Positions 11,467 to 21,571 of a DNA stretch of 64,000 bases are shown here, one piece after another; the stretch's first letter is position 1; the number at the start of each line of letters is the position of its first letter. This DNA comes from an uncultured delta proteobacterium (lineage in GTDB: Bacteria; Desulfobacterota; Desulfobacteria; Desulfobacterales; SG8-13): the NCBI GenBank assembly GCA_963848135.1, contig CAWKCK010000017.1, positions 434,001 through 498,000 of the forward strand, read 5' to 3'. The notes beneath the pieces were generated by a model. The model made no database searches. It had not been told where the DNA came from and was given only the letters and a program-made list of their open reading frames with translations. The translations under genes and the position numbers were made by a program.

Positions 11467-13125
11467 TCACTGCGCCTTTCGTAATTGTTTGTAACAGTTG
11501 ATCAATCCGTTGGTCGAGGCATCATGGGAGCGAACTTTGGCCTCAGTTTCCAGTTCCGGCAGGATTCTGCCGGCCAGCTGCTTACCCAATTCGACGCCCC
11601 ACTGGTCAAAACTGAAGATGTTCCAGATGATACCCTGAACGAATATCTTGTGTTCATACATGGCGATTAAACTGCCCAGGGTTCTGGGAGTGAGCTTCTT
11701 AAACAGAATCGAATTGGTGGGTTTATTGCCGGTAAATTCTTTTTGGGGGGCCAACCGCTCAATTTCCTCCGGTGTCTTCCCGGCATTTCTAAGTTCCTCT
11801 GCCACCTCTTCCCGGGTTTTGCCCCGCATGAGTGCTTCAGTTTGGGCAAAAAAATTGGATAGCAAGATCTCGTGGTGTTGACCGATGGGATTGTGGCTGA
11901 TGGCCGGCGCCAGAAAATCAGCCGGAATCAGTTTGGTCCCCTGGTGAATCAGCTGATAAAACGCGTGTTGTCCGTTGGTGCCGGGCTCGCCCCATATGAC
12001 GGGGCCGGTCTGATAGGTGACCGGTTGGCCGTTGCGATCGACCGATTTACCGTTACTCTCCATGTTTCCCTGCTGAAAATATGCGGGGAACCGATGCATG
12101 TACTGATCATAAGGCAGAATTGCCTCCGTTTGCGCACCGAAGAAATTGTTGTACCAGATTCCGATCAAAGCCAGGATCACCGGAATGTTTTTCTCAAAGG
12201 GTGTTTCCTGAAAATGACGATCCATCTCGTGAGCCCCCTGCAGGAGGTGTGAGAAATTTTCGAAGCCGACGGCACAGGCAATAGATAATCCAATGGCTGA
12301 CCATAGGGAGTAGCGTCCACCGACCCAGTCCCAAAAAACAAACATATTTTCCCGGTCAATACCGAACGCCTGCACCGCACCGGTGTTGGTCGACAGGGCG
12401 ATAAAATGCCGGGCAACATAATCCTCCTGTTTGGCACTCGCCAGAAACCACTTCCTTGCGGAAAAGGCGTTGGTCATGGTCTCCTGGGTGGTGAACGTTT
12501 TGGAGGCGATCATAAACAAAGTGGTTTCGGGATCCAGTTTTCTGAGGGTTTCCGTCAGGTGGGTCCCATCCACATTCGATACAAAATGAACCCGTGGGTT
12601 GCCCCTGGTATAAGGTGTAAGACTTTCGGTAACCATCACAGGCCCCAGGTCGGATCCGCCGATGCCGATATTGACAACGTCGGTCATCGGCTTTCCCGTG
12701 TATCCCTTCCACTCTCCGCTGATGATCCGATGGGAGAAATCTTCCATTTTGTGCAGCACGGTATTGATCTCTGGCATCAAATCATTCCCGTCGGCGATGA
12801 TCGGCCGGCGCGACCTGTTTCTAAGCGCAATGTGAAGCACCGCACGGTCTTCAGTCTCATTGATATGCTCACCGTTGAACATGCTGTCGACGGCCGCTTT
12901 AAGGTCGACATCTTGCGCCAACTGAATAAGGAGCTGGAGTGTCTTTCTGGTGATACGGTTTTTGGAAAAATCGACCACGACATCGTTAAAACGGATGGAA
13001 AAATCATCGAAACGCTTAGTATCTTCAGCGAAGAGCGCATTCATGTGAAGCGCCTGAATTTCAGCATAATGGGCGTCAAGCTTTTGCCAGGCCATTGTAT
13101 TTGTAGGATCTTTTTTACTCAACAT
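11467..13125 (-). CDS. pgi: Glucose-6-phosphate isomerase
   Basis: [53 protein letters not shown]. Confidence 0.97.
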   Translation of the reverse strand: MLSKKDPTNTMAWQKLDAHYAEIQALHMNALFAEDTKRFDDFSIRFNDVVVDFSKNRITRKTLQLLIQLAQDVDLKAAVDSMFNGEHINETEDRAVLHIALRNRSRRPIIADGNDLMPEINTVLHKMEDFSHRIISGEWKGYTGKPMTDVVNIGIGGSDLGPVMVTESLTPYTRGNPRVHFVSNVDGTHLTETLRKLDPETTLFMIASKTFTTQETMTNAFSARKWFLASAKQEDYVARHFIALSTNTGAVQAFGIDRENMFVFWDWVGGRYSLWSAIGLSIACAVGFENFSHLLQGAHEMDRHFQETPFEKNIPVILALIGIWYNNFFGAQTEAILPYDQYMHRFPAYFQQGNMESNGKSVDRNGQPVTYQTGPVIWGEPGTNGQHAFYQLIHQGTKLIPADFLAPAISHNPIGQHHEILLSNFFAQTEALMRGKTREEVAEELRNAGKTPEEIERLAPQKEFTGNKPTNSILFKKLTPRTLGSLIAMYEHKIFVQGIIWNIFSFDQWGVELGKQLAGRILPELETEAKVRSHDASTNGLINCYKQLRKAQ

Positions 13126-13677
13126 CGTTTTATTCCCTTTTTCTGTGCACCAACAATGACTGCAGGGCCCGCAACTTAATTCTCCCATAAAAATCAAGCT
13201 CGAGCGATTCACTATCGAGTGATTGGAGAGTTCAGGATGCAGTTGGACGTCCGGCGTGACCCCGTCAATATTGTCCTTGGATTATGCAGTCGTCGGTGTT
13301 TGGCTTTCAGTACACCTCACTCCCCTGCCCGCTGCAGCATTCTGGTTTTTCATTAGTCAACCGCGGTTAACCCCAAATTTTTTGAGCGTTTTAAGGAGCT
13401 TTTTCCCTGCCCGGAGGAGACTATCAGCATATGCGATCAACACCGTATCGTGTTCAGAATAGATGCCGGATCTACCGCACGCTTCATTGCAAAGACTTTC
13501 CACCACGTTCTGTTTCTGAACAGTGGCTGTCGGGGCCGCTTTTTACCTATAAATCCGTTCAAGCAAGGCGCTCAGACGGTCGATGCCGTCGCCGAATTCG
13601 TTTCCACTGTTTCGGCGGCTATCTTTTGACAGGAAATCCATTCGACCAACCAGAGGCCAGATCCCTCAGCAGGGTCG

Positions 13678-14121
13678 TCAGGTAAACAAACAAATTTTGC
13701 ACGTTTTGGAAAACCTCAGAAAGTCTTCTGCGGTCCAAACGATAACCCCTTCGATCAGTTTCTTCTCGTCAATCTCCATCATGTCGACCGTCATTTTACA
13801 GGCAATTAACTCGACACCTTCTATTTGAGCCATCTCCTGTAGATCGGCCAAACTGGGGATATTGGCCTTCTCGATCTTTTTTTTCATCATGCCGGTGGCG
13901 ATGCTTGTCATGCCCGGTATCGCCCCCATAACGCCAGGTGGAAAAAATTTGGCCCGGTCGAAACCGCCTTTCATAACCAGATTCAACCCCATAAAAGAAT
14001 AAAAAATTTTACTCTCCATACCCTGCCGGGCGGCGTTTATCCCAAGCACCAGTGACGGATACGCACCGTCAATGGTATCTTTAACACAGATAAAAGCAGC
14101 CCTTTCCTTTTCTTCGGCCAT
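13678..14121 (-). CDS. DsrE/DsrF/DrsH-like sulfurtransferase family protein
   Basis: IFYSFMGL and LIACKMTVDMM with conserved Cys; LFT C-terminus; RBS GAGG. Confidence 0.85.
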   Translation of the reverse strand: MAEEKERAAFICVKDTIDGAYPSLVLGINAARQGMESKIFYSFMGLNLVMKGGFDRAKFFPPGVMGAIPGMTSIATGMMKKKIEKANIPSLADLQEMAQIEGVELIACKMTVDMMEIDEKKLIEGVIVWTAEDFLRFSKTCKICLFT

Positions 14122-14179
14122 TTTCTGCCTCCTCTCTTTTAGGGGTAATATTTGATTATGTATTTTTTGAGGCTGTTTC

Positions 14180-14683
14180 TCACTGTTTCGGCCCGTTCTC
14201 CAGGAGCGGTTGACCCCGGGAAACAAATGATATTCCCTGCTGCATCTTGGTTCCGATCATCACGCTTTCGACAATGGGAGGATTAACCTTGGTTGGCGAT
14301 TTCCATTTGACGATAAATTTGGCACCCGAACCGCCGCTCTTATCCGACTCCCCGACCACGTAACGTTTGGAGGCCAACGGAGCCAGTTTTACGGGCTGCT
14401 CCAGATATTTGCGCAACAAGTTACCGTCGCTGTCATAATAGTCGACGACAATTACCGTGATATTGTGTTGTGGATCGATGTTGCGAATACTGAGAATCGC
14501 CGCCAGCAGGAAGGGATGTTCCCTGTCGCCGCTGTATATATGGGAGTATATTGGTACATAAACAGACTGACCGGCAGAAAGCTCGCCGGCCGCAACGATT
14601 TTAGCGGTTACCGACACGGCAATCAGTATCCCCCAAAAAACGATTTTGACAGCTGCAAGAAATTGGTGATCTTTTCGCTTCAT
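14180..14683 (-). CDS. DUF3124 domain protein, exported
   Basis: GQSVYVPIYSHIY..LSIRN, GGSGAKFIVKW, GISFVSRG. Confidence 0.85.
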   Translation of the reverse strand: MKRKDHQFLAAVKIVFWGILIAVSVTAKIVAAGELSAGQSVYVPIYSHIYSGDREHPFLLAAILSIRNIDPQHNITVIVVDYYDSDGNLLRKYLEQPVKLAPLASKRYVVGESDKSGGSGAKFIVKWKSPTKVNPPIVESVMIGTKMQQGISFVSRGQPLLENGPKQ

Positions 14684-14808
14684 CGTGTGTCTCCTGTTAA
14701 CCAACTGCCCACTGAAATCGCGGGCGGGATAGCGATTCGACAACTCTTCGGTCCGTTTACCTTTTGGAAGCATTGAACAGTTGGTCGCGAATGCCGGCCG
14801 ACTTGGGA

Positions 14809-15483
14809 TTATAGGTATTCTTTTGCGATCAAAACATCTACCGGCCGGATACGTTTGCCATAATAAGCCTGATTGTAGTCATCACTGACTGCAATGACGG
14901 CACCATCCAGTGCAATGCCGATAAATGCCCCTTTCGAACGGGCGAATGAAAGAAAATCGGCGCTAAGATTGGGGGCCGTTGCGCCTTCAGCGCCGATTCC
15001 GACCGGACCTGCGGCGACGGAAACATTTCCCCCGAGTTTAAAGTTGGTCGCGTAAAGAGACTCCAGGCCCGGTTGGGTCATAACCATCATGATGACTTCG
15101 GATGCGGAAGCACCGAATTGAAGCCCCAGGCTCCCCCCTCCCACGGAGTAAAAAACCGGGCCGCTCCATTGATTTGTTTTCGGGTCTCTCACCATTAATA
15201 TGGCCCGCCCACCGGAACCGCCAACCCAGAACGCTGCTTTGATAAGCGAGGGGATAATTAACACGCCTTTAGCATATTTAATATTGCTCCGCAGATAAGT
15301 CATTGCCGAATCATTTAGAAAATTTTCCAGAGTTCCCGATGCGTGGTCTACCACAATTTGCTGCGTCGCATCCACGGCCTCGGTGGTTTCACCTTCTGCA
15401 GCCCGTAACACGATGGGATCTGTAACCGTTGCGATGAGTGCCATCGACAGGATGTATAATCCGATTGACGCTGCTTTTCTCAT
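14809..15483 (-). CDS. Lipid-binding SYLF (Ysc84-like) domain protein; possible frameshift near the 3' end
   Basis: AKGVLIIP, GGSGGRA, GGSLGLQFG, GGNVSVAAGPVG, RSKGAFIG; alternative in-frame start at 15516. Confidence 0.88.
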   Translation of the reverse strand: MRKAASIGLYILSMALIATVTDPIVLRAAEGETTEAVDATQQIVVDHASGTLENFLNDSAMTYLRSNIKYAKGVLIIPSLIKAAFWVGGSGGRAILMVRDPKTNQWSGPVFYSVGGGSLGLQFGASASEVIMMVMTQPGLESLYATNFKLGGNVSVAAGPVGIGAEGATAPNLSADFLSFARSKGAFIGIALDGAVIAVSDDYNQAYYGKRIRPVDVLIAKEYL

Positions 15484-15535
15484 TTTTCCTCCTTGGGAAA
15501 AAGCTGCTTTTCTCATTTTTCCTCCTTGGGAAAAA
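15470..15535. repeat. Perfect 33-bp tandem duplication containing the RBS and start codon of the SYLF gene
   Basis: GCTGCTTTTCTCATTTTTCCTCCTTGGGAAAAA at 15470-15502 and 15503-15535. Confidence 0.95.
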
Positions 15536-15997
15536 TATGATTCGCGTTCGAAAGGTAGGGTCAACCTGCAGAGGCCGTTTTGTATGCGTTTCTCTCTGTC
15601 GTGCGTGTATTACGAATCGCATTCGCCTTGTGGTAACGCATTAAGGGCGAGGCTGGTCTCGATTATCTCAAGCCCGCATCATCCGCCATCGCTATGACAG
15701 GTCGTCGCACCTAACCATCGGTGAATGAGGCCTGAGTTGTTGACTCCCCTCTTCGGGTGCCGCAGTGTGGCATTCATCGAGGTGAGCCCGGAGAGGATGG
15801 ATGCGCTCTATCTTTTTTCTATGCCAACCAGTGGAAAAACAGTCATGGATTAAGTGGGCGAAGTTGGGCCGGCTTCAGGCATCTCCCACTCCACGGGCAG
15901 ATGCTATTTTACAATTATTAGCGGCCGGGCCGTCGCCCGGTATTTTGGCGCAAGATCTTCTCCGTACCGGTGCGATATCATCTCGAAAGAGATCGGG

Positions 15998-16825
15998 TTA
16001 TTTCACCTGATCCCACCACTCGCCTTTTTGAAACCAGTTATCTATCATAAGATCGAGGGCACCACTATCTTCTAAGGTATTGAGAAAGTTTTGCACGAGG
16101 TTGATCAACAGAGGATCGTTGGCCGGCAGTGCGATCCCGATAGGCTCATAGGTGAACGGGGTCAGAATCGCAAAAAGGTCCTCTTCCGGATGACGGGCAA
16201 CGGATACGACACAAATGGGCTGGTCGGCAACCATGGCGTCGGCTTTATCGGTAATAACCATATCCACCGCCTCGGTGTAGTCACGCGCAGCCATGAACTT
16301 AACATTCGGCAGGACATTCTTGACGAATGCCTCACTGGTAGATCCTTCCAGAGCCGTGATTCTAATTTCAGTGCGATCGATCTGGCCGGGATCTTTTATA
16401 TCGACCAGGGTGGACGTTTTGGTTAACAACCCCTTTCCGGATATGTAATACGGGCCGACAAATGCGACCTTGCTGTTTCGTTTGGCTGTGATCGTCATTC
16501 CGGAGAGGACCATGTCCACTTTTCCGGCTTCGAGGGTCGGGAGTAAATCTCTGAACGCTAAGGGTTGCAACCTTAAATCGACTTCCATAGCCTCGGCCAA
16601 AGCCCGGGCCAGATCGATCTCAAGACCGATTATGCGGTTGTCTTTGGTGGTCATGTTTAACGGTGGCATATCGGCGGCAGTCCCAACGATCAACTCGCCT
16701 CTGCTTTGAATACGGTCGAGAACCGGCGCCGGCGATGTAAGGACATAAGTACCGCTGTGATGAGTACAGGCTGAAAAAAGGGTTAATACCCATGCGAACA
16801 CAAAGCATACGACGACCTTTTTCAT
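15998..16825 (-). CDS. Amino-acid ABC transporter substrate-binding lipoprotein (SBP family 3)
   Basis: Lipobox FSAC; LDRIQSRGELIVG, IIGLEIDLA, SGMTITAKRN; RBS GAGGAG. Confidence 0.92.
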   Translation of the reverse strand: MKKVVVCFVFAWVLTLFSACTHHSGTYVLTSPAPVLDRIQSRGELIVGTAADMPPLNMTTKDNRIIGLEIDLARALAEAMEVDLRLQPLAFRDLLPTLEAGKVDMVLSGMTITAKRNSKVAFVGPYYISGKGLLTKTSTLVDIKDPGQIDRTEIRITALEGSTSEAFVKNVLPNVKFMAARDYTEAVDMVITDKADAMVADQPICVVSVARHPEEDLFAILTPFTYEPIGIALPANDPLLINLVQNFLNTLEDSGALDLMIDNWFQKGEWWDQVK

Positions 16826-17360
16826 AGTCTTTCTCCCTCAGTGGATGTCCTTGTCCTGCAGTATGATCGATTTAAGTGCGTCCACCGCTGCCTGATTAGC
16901 GGGATCACAGCTCCATCGAGCAGCGGAGAGGTCAAATTTGATGGGGTATTTAACAGGGCGATACCCGGTTAGACCCTCTTTCCGTCAGTCCCGCTCAACT
17001 ATAGGGGCCAACATAGAGGGTGTCAAACGAAAAGATAATCGCCACCAGGTTGGAATACCAACGATTCTGGGTGCCACTGATCACTTTGGACGCTGCCGTG
17101 TTTTCAGGGGTCAACTGCTGCAGCCGTGGGAGCAAAAGTTACCTTCGCTGCGAGATTTCAGAATCCGGGTCTTGGATCGTTTTTTAGGTGGAAGTGCCGC
17201 TCGCATCAGGAAGCTATTCGAAACGATTTACCGACGCCGCTCAAGTCTTTACTTGAGCGCGCATCTTGTGTATGGATTGACTATATGTTCTGTATAAAAC
17301 CATAATCTGCCGCGGTTTCCCGAAGCACGTAACCCATAATGGACATGTAAAGGAGGCTTT

Positions 17361-17879
17361 ATGAAAATATCCGGTACCGCTCTCGGCTTGCTATTAACGA
17401 TTACCCTACTCACCGGCTGCTCAACGACGAGAATATGGACCAGCACTCCCCCGATCCAGTCGGCAGACAATCAATACTTCGCGACCCAATTTGAGCCGAT
17501 CAGAGTCGATGGCGATTTCATAAACGGATTTCGCCTAACGGTAACCAATAAATCGTCCCAAGCCATTATCATCGACTGGAACGCTACCCTCTATCTTTTG
17601 AACAATAAAAACATTGGACGCTTCATTTTCGAAGGAATCGACAAGAAAAACATCAACGACCTGCCCCCTGATAGCATTGCCGCTGGGGAAACCCTCAGGA
17701 AAGACATTTTCCCGCTGAAGTTGATTGCCTGGCGACAGGGGCCTGGATTCACGAATCTTCCGGCCTTCAGTCCCGGACCGGTTCCGGAAGGCCAAAATGG
17801 TATCCTTTTGGTCGCCAAGAGTAATGGTGAGCAAGTTAGAGAAAAAATAAACGTCACTATCAAGGTGGTCGCTAAATAG
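17361..17879 (+). CDS. Hypothetical lipoprotein
   Basis: Lipobox LTGC; RBS AGGAGG. Confidence 0.8.
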   Translation: MKISGTALGLLLTITLLTGCSTTRIWTSTPPIQSADNQYFATQFEPIRVDGDFINGFRLTVTNKSSQAIIIDWNATLYLLNNKNIGRFIFEGIDKKNINDLPPDSIAAGETLRKDIFPLKLIAWRQGPGFTNLPAFSPGPVPEGQNGILLVAKSNGEQVREKINVTIKVVAK

Positions 17880-18068
17880 CACATTAATCTTCCCTAGCGC
17901 GGTTTAGAGCAGATGGGTCAGCGCGCTGATTTTGCACGAGGTACCGGGTCATTACACCAAACGGCGGACTTCCCGACCCCAGACGACGTTGACGTTAATC
18001 TACCGCACCTCTGAAGATGAAAAGAGCCTTGGAATTTTCCCTTTAATCCGGAAGGTGAAATCTTCGGG

Positions 18069-18755
18069 TTAAATTGGGCAGTGATTACTGCGGCGGTATT
18101 CGAGATCGCGAATGACGCCCCCCTTAAAACCAGAAAGGCTGTGGCGACGCAAAATCATATCGCGATAAAGAGCGATATCCCAGCTTTCAATATTCATGCA
18201 GAGGGTTTTAAATAGCTTGGGGATCGTTTGGTTGGGTACCTGGACATGGTGGAGACCGCCACTGTAAGCGATCAACATCCGCCCGCCGGGTATCGCTAAT
18301 AACAAATCCGCAACACCGCCACGAATGGTCATCGGCATCCCCTCCACATCCATACCGCTGGCTCTTTTCATCCGGCCTTCAGGGGCGAGAAGAACAAGAG
18401 ACCGCGGCTGAACGGCATCTATAAAATGATCCCAGGTACTATCCCGTAAACGTGTCACCGGCACGACATTGTCGGCCACAAAGCGGTAAAACCGGCCCAC
18501 GAAAGGTCGTTTCAACGTTTTGTCGGCCACAGGCACCATGCCATTATGCGCAATATTCTTCAGAAAACGGTTCGGCAGAAAACCCGCAAACAACGGCTCG
18601 TATAGACTGGTATGGTTCAAAATCAACACCAGGCGGAGATTGTCCCATGGGTCGGCCGGTGGTGCCCCGAGCCAATTGATTTTGAATCGATAAAACGTTG
18701 CGCTGAATAGTTTGACACACAGCAGCAGGCAATAAATCAGTTTGGTCTTTAACAC
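18069..18755 (-). CDS. Phospholipid/glycerol acyltransferase (PlsC-like)
   Basis: NHTSLYE (H-x4-E variant of H-x4-D) and APEGR motifs. Confidence 0.8.
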   Translation of the reverse strand: MLKTKLIYCLLLCVKLFSATFYRFKINWLGAPPADPWDNLRLVLILNHTSLYEPLFAGFLPNRFLKNIAHNGMVPVADKTLKRPFVGRFYRFVADNVVPVTRLRDSTWDHFIDAVQPRSLVLLAPEGRMKRASGMDVEGMPMTIRGGVADLLLAIPGGRMLIAYSGGLHHVQVPNQTIPKLFKTLCMNIESWDIALYRDMILRRHSLSGFKGGVIRDLEYRRSNHCPI

Positions 18756-18929
18756 AAAGAGACTCCATTAATTCAAATTTCGGGACTATCTTCCCGGGAA
18801 CTACCACACCCGGAAAATCTGCGGAAATTCCCGTATCCAACCACAATTTCTTATGTTCTGCTTTTCTTCTATTCTGTCTTTATTCTGTAAATTCAATACC
18901 GACGCTATCAAAAGACCAAAGCAACCTTC

Positions 18930-20177
18930 TCATTGCTGAAAGAAGACTGGAATTTCCATCGCCTCGTCAAGCCCAGAATTTTCGGTCGGATTGTTTTTTT
19001 TTAATACCAGGCTTCCCCTGTCGCTCTTGCTGTCATGCATGAAGCGGACTACCCCTTCAAACGGTATAAAGGCTTTGGTCACCCCGTCGCTTTTTACTGC
19101 ACAAAATCCTTTCGATAGAATCGTACCGCCTGAGGCAACCAGACTCACCGGAAAAACCCCCTCGAAAAACCACACCCCCCGGGCCTGGCCAGTAATCTTC
19201 AATGGGGAAGCAATTACAGCACCCGGCATTGGTGAGTCAACCACGATAAAATCGCTTTGACAGCGACCTTCGGGCCACACCTGTATTAATTGGGTCGCAA
19301 TCAATGCTCCGGGGTAGTCTGTTCCAAACCCATGGTCCGGCATTTCGGTCAGTTGACCGGTTATCACCATGAAAATAGGGATATAGGGGCGGTCGGAAGG
19401 CGCCGCTCCACGGTATGCGGCTTTAATCGACTCAAGCGCCGGGGAATGCCCCGCGAGCCAGAGCTCCACGCGCATCGAACAGAGCCGGATCGTTCGAACC
19501 TCGTGACCGATGGTGACCCACCCTTCGACCACGATGTCCTTTTCGCCTAAAGCCGGCAAAAAAGACAGATGGCCCTCGGCGAGAATCAGGTTGGTTGACA
19601 TATTGATCGAAGGGGCAATTGACATCGACTCATCAGGCAACCTGTCCGCATATTTGGCCACGACTACGCCGTTGCGTATTTGTAAACTTTCTGGTGTCAA
19701 CCGATCACCAAGCAAAACAGCAACCGTGCCATGATACCCACTTTCTACCCGAAGCGCCGCAGCAACATAGTAAAACGTACCGCTTCCGCCCGGGTCGACG
19801 ACGAGAAACAAAACTGCATCCTCGTCACCGTCTCCATCGATATCTCCAAAAACAGGATCAGAGAATATGCGGGTCCGGCTTATGATCGCCGAACCAGATG
19901 CCGCTGCATTTTCAAAACGGCCATTTCGCAAAACAACCTTTTGGCCCTCAATGATATAGGTCGCATTGGCAGGATCAACCGCTGTTCTTTGTATCAGATG
20001 GGTTGCATCCCCATTGGAAACGGCAAATGAAAGAACACAGCAGAAATTGATGATGACCGCAAGCATTCCCTTACGAAGAGGTGACGCCATATTGCATACC
20101 GACGGCTCTTTGGTTTTCGAAAAAAATCTTAGCAAATTTTTCAATATTGCCGGACTCATTTGGCAGAACCCACCCAT
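18930..20177 (-). CDS. Exported multidomain protein with C-terminal Gmad2-like Ig domain; start uncertain (20090 or 20066 possible)
   Basis: FGDIDGDGDEDA..PGGSGTFYY; central GHEVR..C; C-terminal SPMPGAVIASPLKITGQARGVWFFEG. Confidence 0.7.
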   Translation of the reverse strand: MGGFCQMSPAILKNLLRFFSKTKEPSVCNMASPLRKGMLAVIINFCCVLSFAVSNGDATHLIQRTAVDPANATYIIEGQKVVLRNGRFENAAASGSAIISRTRIFSDPVFGDIDGDGDEDAVLFLVVDPGGSGTFYYVAAALRVESGYHGTVAVLLGDRLTPESLQIRNGVVVAKYADRLPDESMSIAPSINMSTNLILAEGHLSFLPALGEKDIVVEGWVTIGHEVRTIRLCSMRVELWLAGHSPALESIKAAYRGAAPSDRPYIPIFMVITGQLTEMPDHGFGTDYPGALIATQLIQVWPEGRCQSDFIVVDSPMPGAVIASPLKITGQARGVWFFEGVFPVSLVASGGTILSKGFCAVKSDGVTKAFIPFEGVVRFMHDSKSDRGSLVLKKNNPTENSGLDEAMEIPVFFQQ

Positions 20178-20420
20178 GTTTTAGCCATTTCCAGCTCCGA
20201 AAAGCGAAAATGTTTGATCGTTGCCTAAATAAAATGTCCATTAACTGCATCCCTATATGTGAAATGCTTATTCGGTCATCGCTGGTATGTCAACTCCCGG
20301 GAGGACTGCTCATCTATTCATGCGTCAGGTCAGTTGATTTGTACAATAGCCTTCATTATTGACATTCTCGGCGGTATCATTAATATGTCCTCAACTATAA
20401 ACTTATTTCGGCCGGAAAAA

Positions 20421-21552
20421 ATGATCAAACGAATGATACTGACCTTTCTTGGCATTCTGCTGGTGATCGGTGTGCTTGCCGGAATAAAGAGCCTGCAGAT
20501 CGGAAAGATGGTTGCCGCCAGCAACCAGTTTGCGCCGCCGCCCACACCCGTGACGGCCACCGAGGCACTCAAACAGACATGGGAGTCGCGCCTGACATCC
20601 GTCGGAACATTGGAGGCGGTACAGGGCGTTATGGTTACCGCGGAACTCCCCGGAAAAGTGGTTCGTATCGTTTTCGACCCGGGATCGATGGTGACAGCCG
20701 GAGACATCCTGGTCTATCAGGACACCACCTCCGAAACGGCCCAGCTGCAGGTCGGCCGAAGCATCTCTAACGCTTGCAAAGATCGACCTCGACCGCAAGA
20801 GCAGTCTTCTATCTAAGAATACGATCTCTCAAGCTGAATACGATAATGCCAAGGCCCAGTACGAGCAGGCAGACGCCCAAGTCGACAACATCCGCTCAAT
20901 CATCAGCAAAAAGAACATTCGGGCACCTTTTAGCGGAAGACTCGGGATCCGCTTGGTTAACCTTGGCCAGAACCTCAAGGAAGGCGAGGCGATCGTCTCG
21001 CTCCAATCAATCAATCCCATATTCGTCAATTTCAGTCTACCGCAACAGCAACTGGCACTGATCCGGCCGGGGCTCACAGTACGCGTGACCACCGATGCGT
21101 TTCCGGACCAGGTCATTGAGGGTCAGATAACCGCCATTAATCCTCAGGTCGACACCGCTACCCGAAATATCCAGCTTCAGGCAACCGTGGCCGATCCTAA
21201 AGAACGTCTCCGGCCAGGTATGTTCGTCAATGTCGCTTTGGTGTTGCCCGCACAGAAAAATGTGCTCGCCATACCGGCCACTTCCGTACTTTATGCCCCT
21301 TACAGTGATTCAGTATTTCTCGTGGAGGAGACAGAAAAAAAGGAAAACGCTTCTCCCGCGAAGATCGTTCGTCAGCAATTTGTGCGACTCGGTGAGAAGC
21401 GCGGCGATTATGTTGCCGTGGTTTCCGGACTCGAGGAGGGTCAAACGGTAGTGAGCACCGGTGTTTTCAAACTACGAAACGGTCAGACCGTCATCGTCAA
21501 CAATACGCTAATCCCTGAGTTTAAGCTCAATCCCAAACCCGAAGAAAGTTGA
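20421..21552 (+). CDS. RND efflux periplasmic adaptor (MFP); one extra G at about 20751
   Basis: SVGTLEAVQGV..ELPGKV; removing one G gives QLQSAEASLTLAK..IRAPFSGRLGIR and joins ORF 20953-21552 (LRPGMFV). Confidence 0.88.
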
Positions 21553-21571
21553 CATAACAGACGTCATTCGA

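Noticed and set aside
16938..17297. 119-aa ORF in the divergent intergenic region (also 533-847 and 13223-13685)
   Set aside because: Atypical composition, no RBS or motifs; probably spurious
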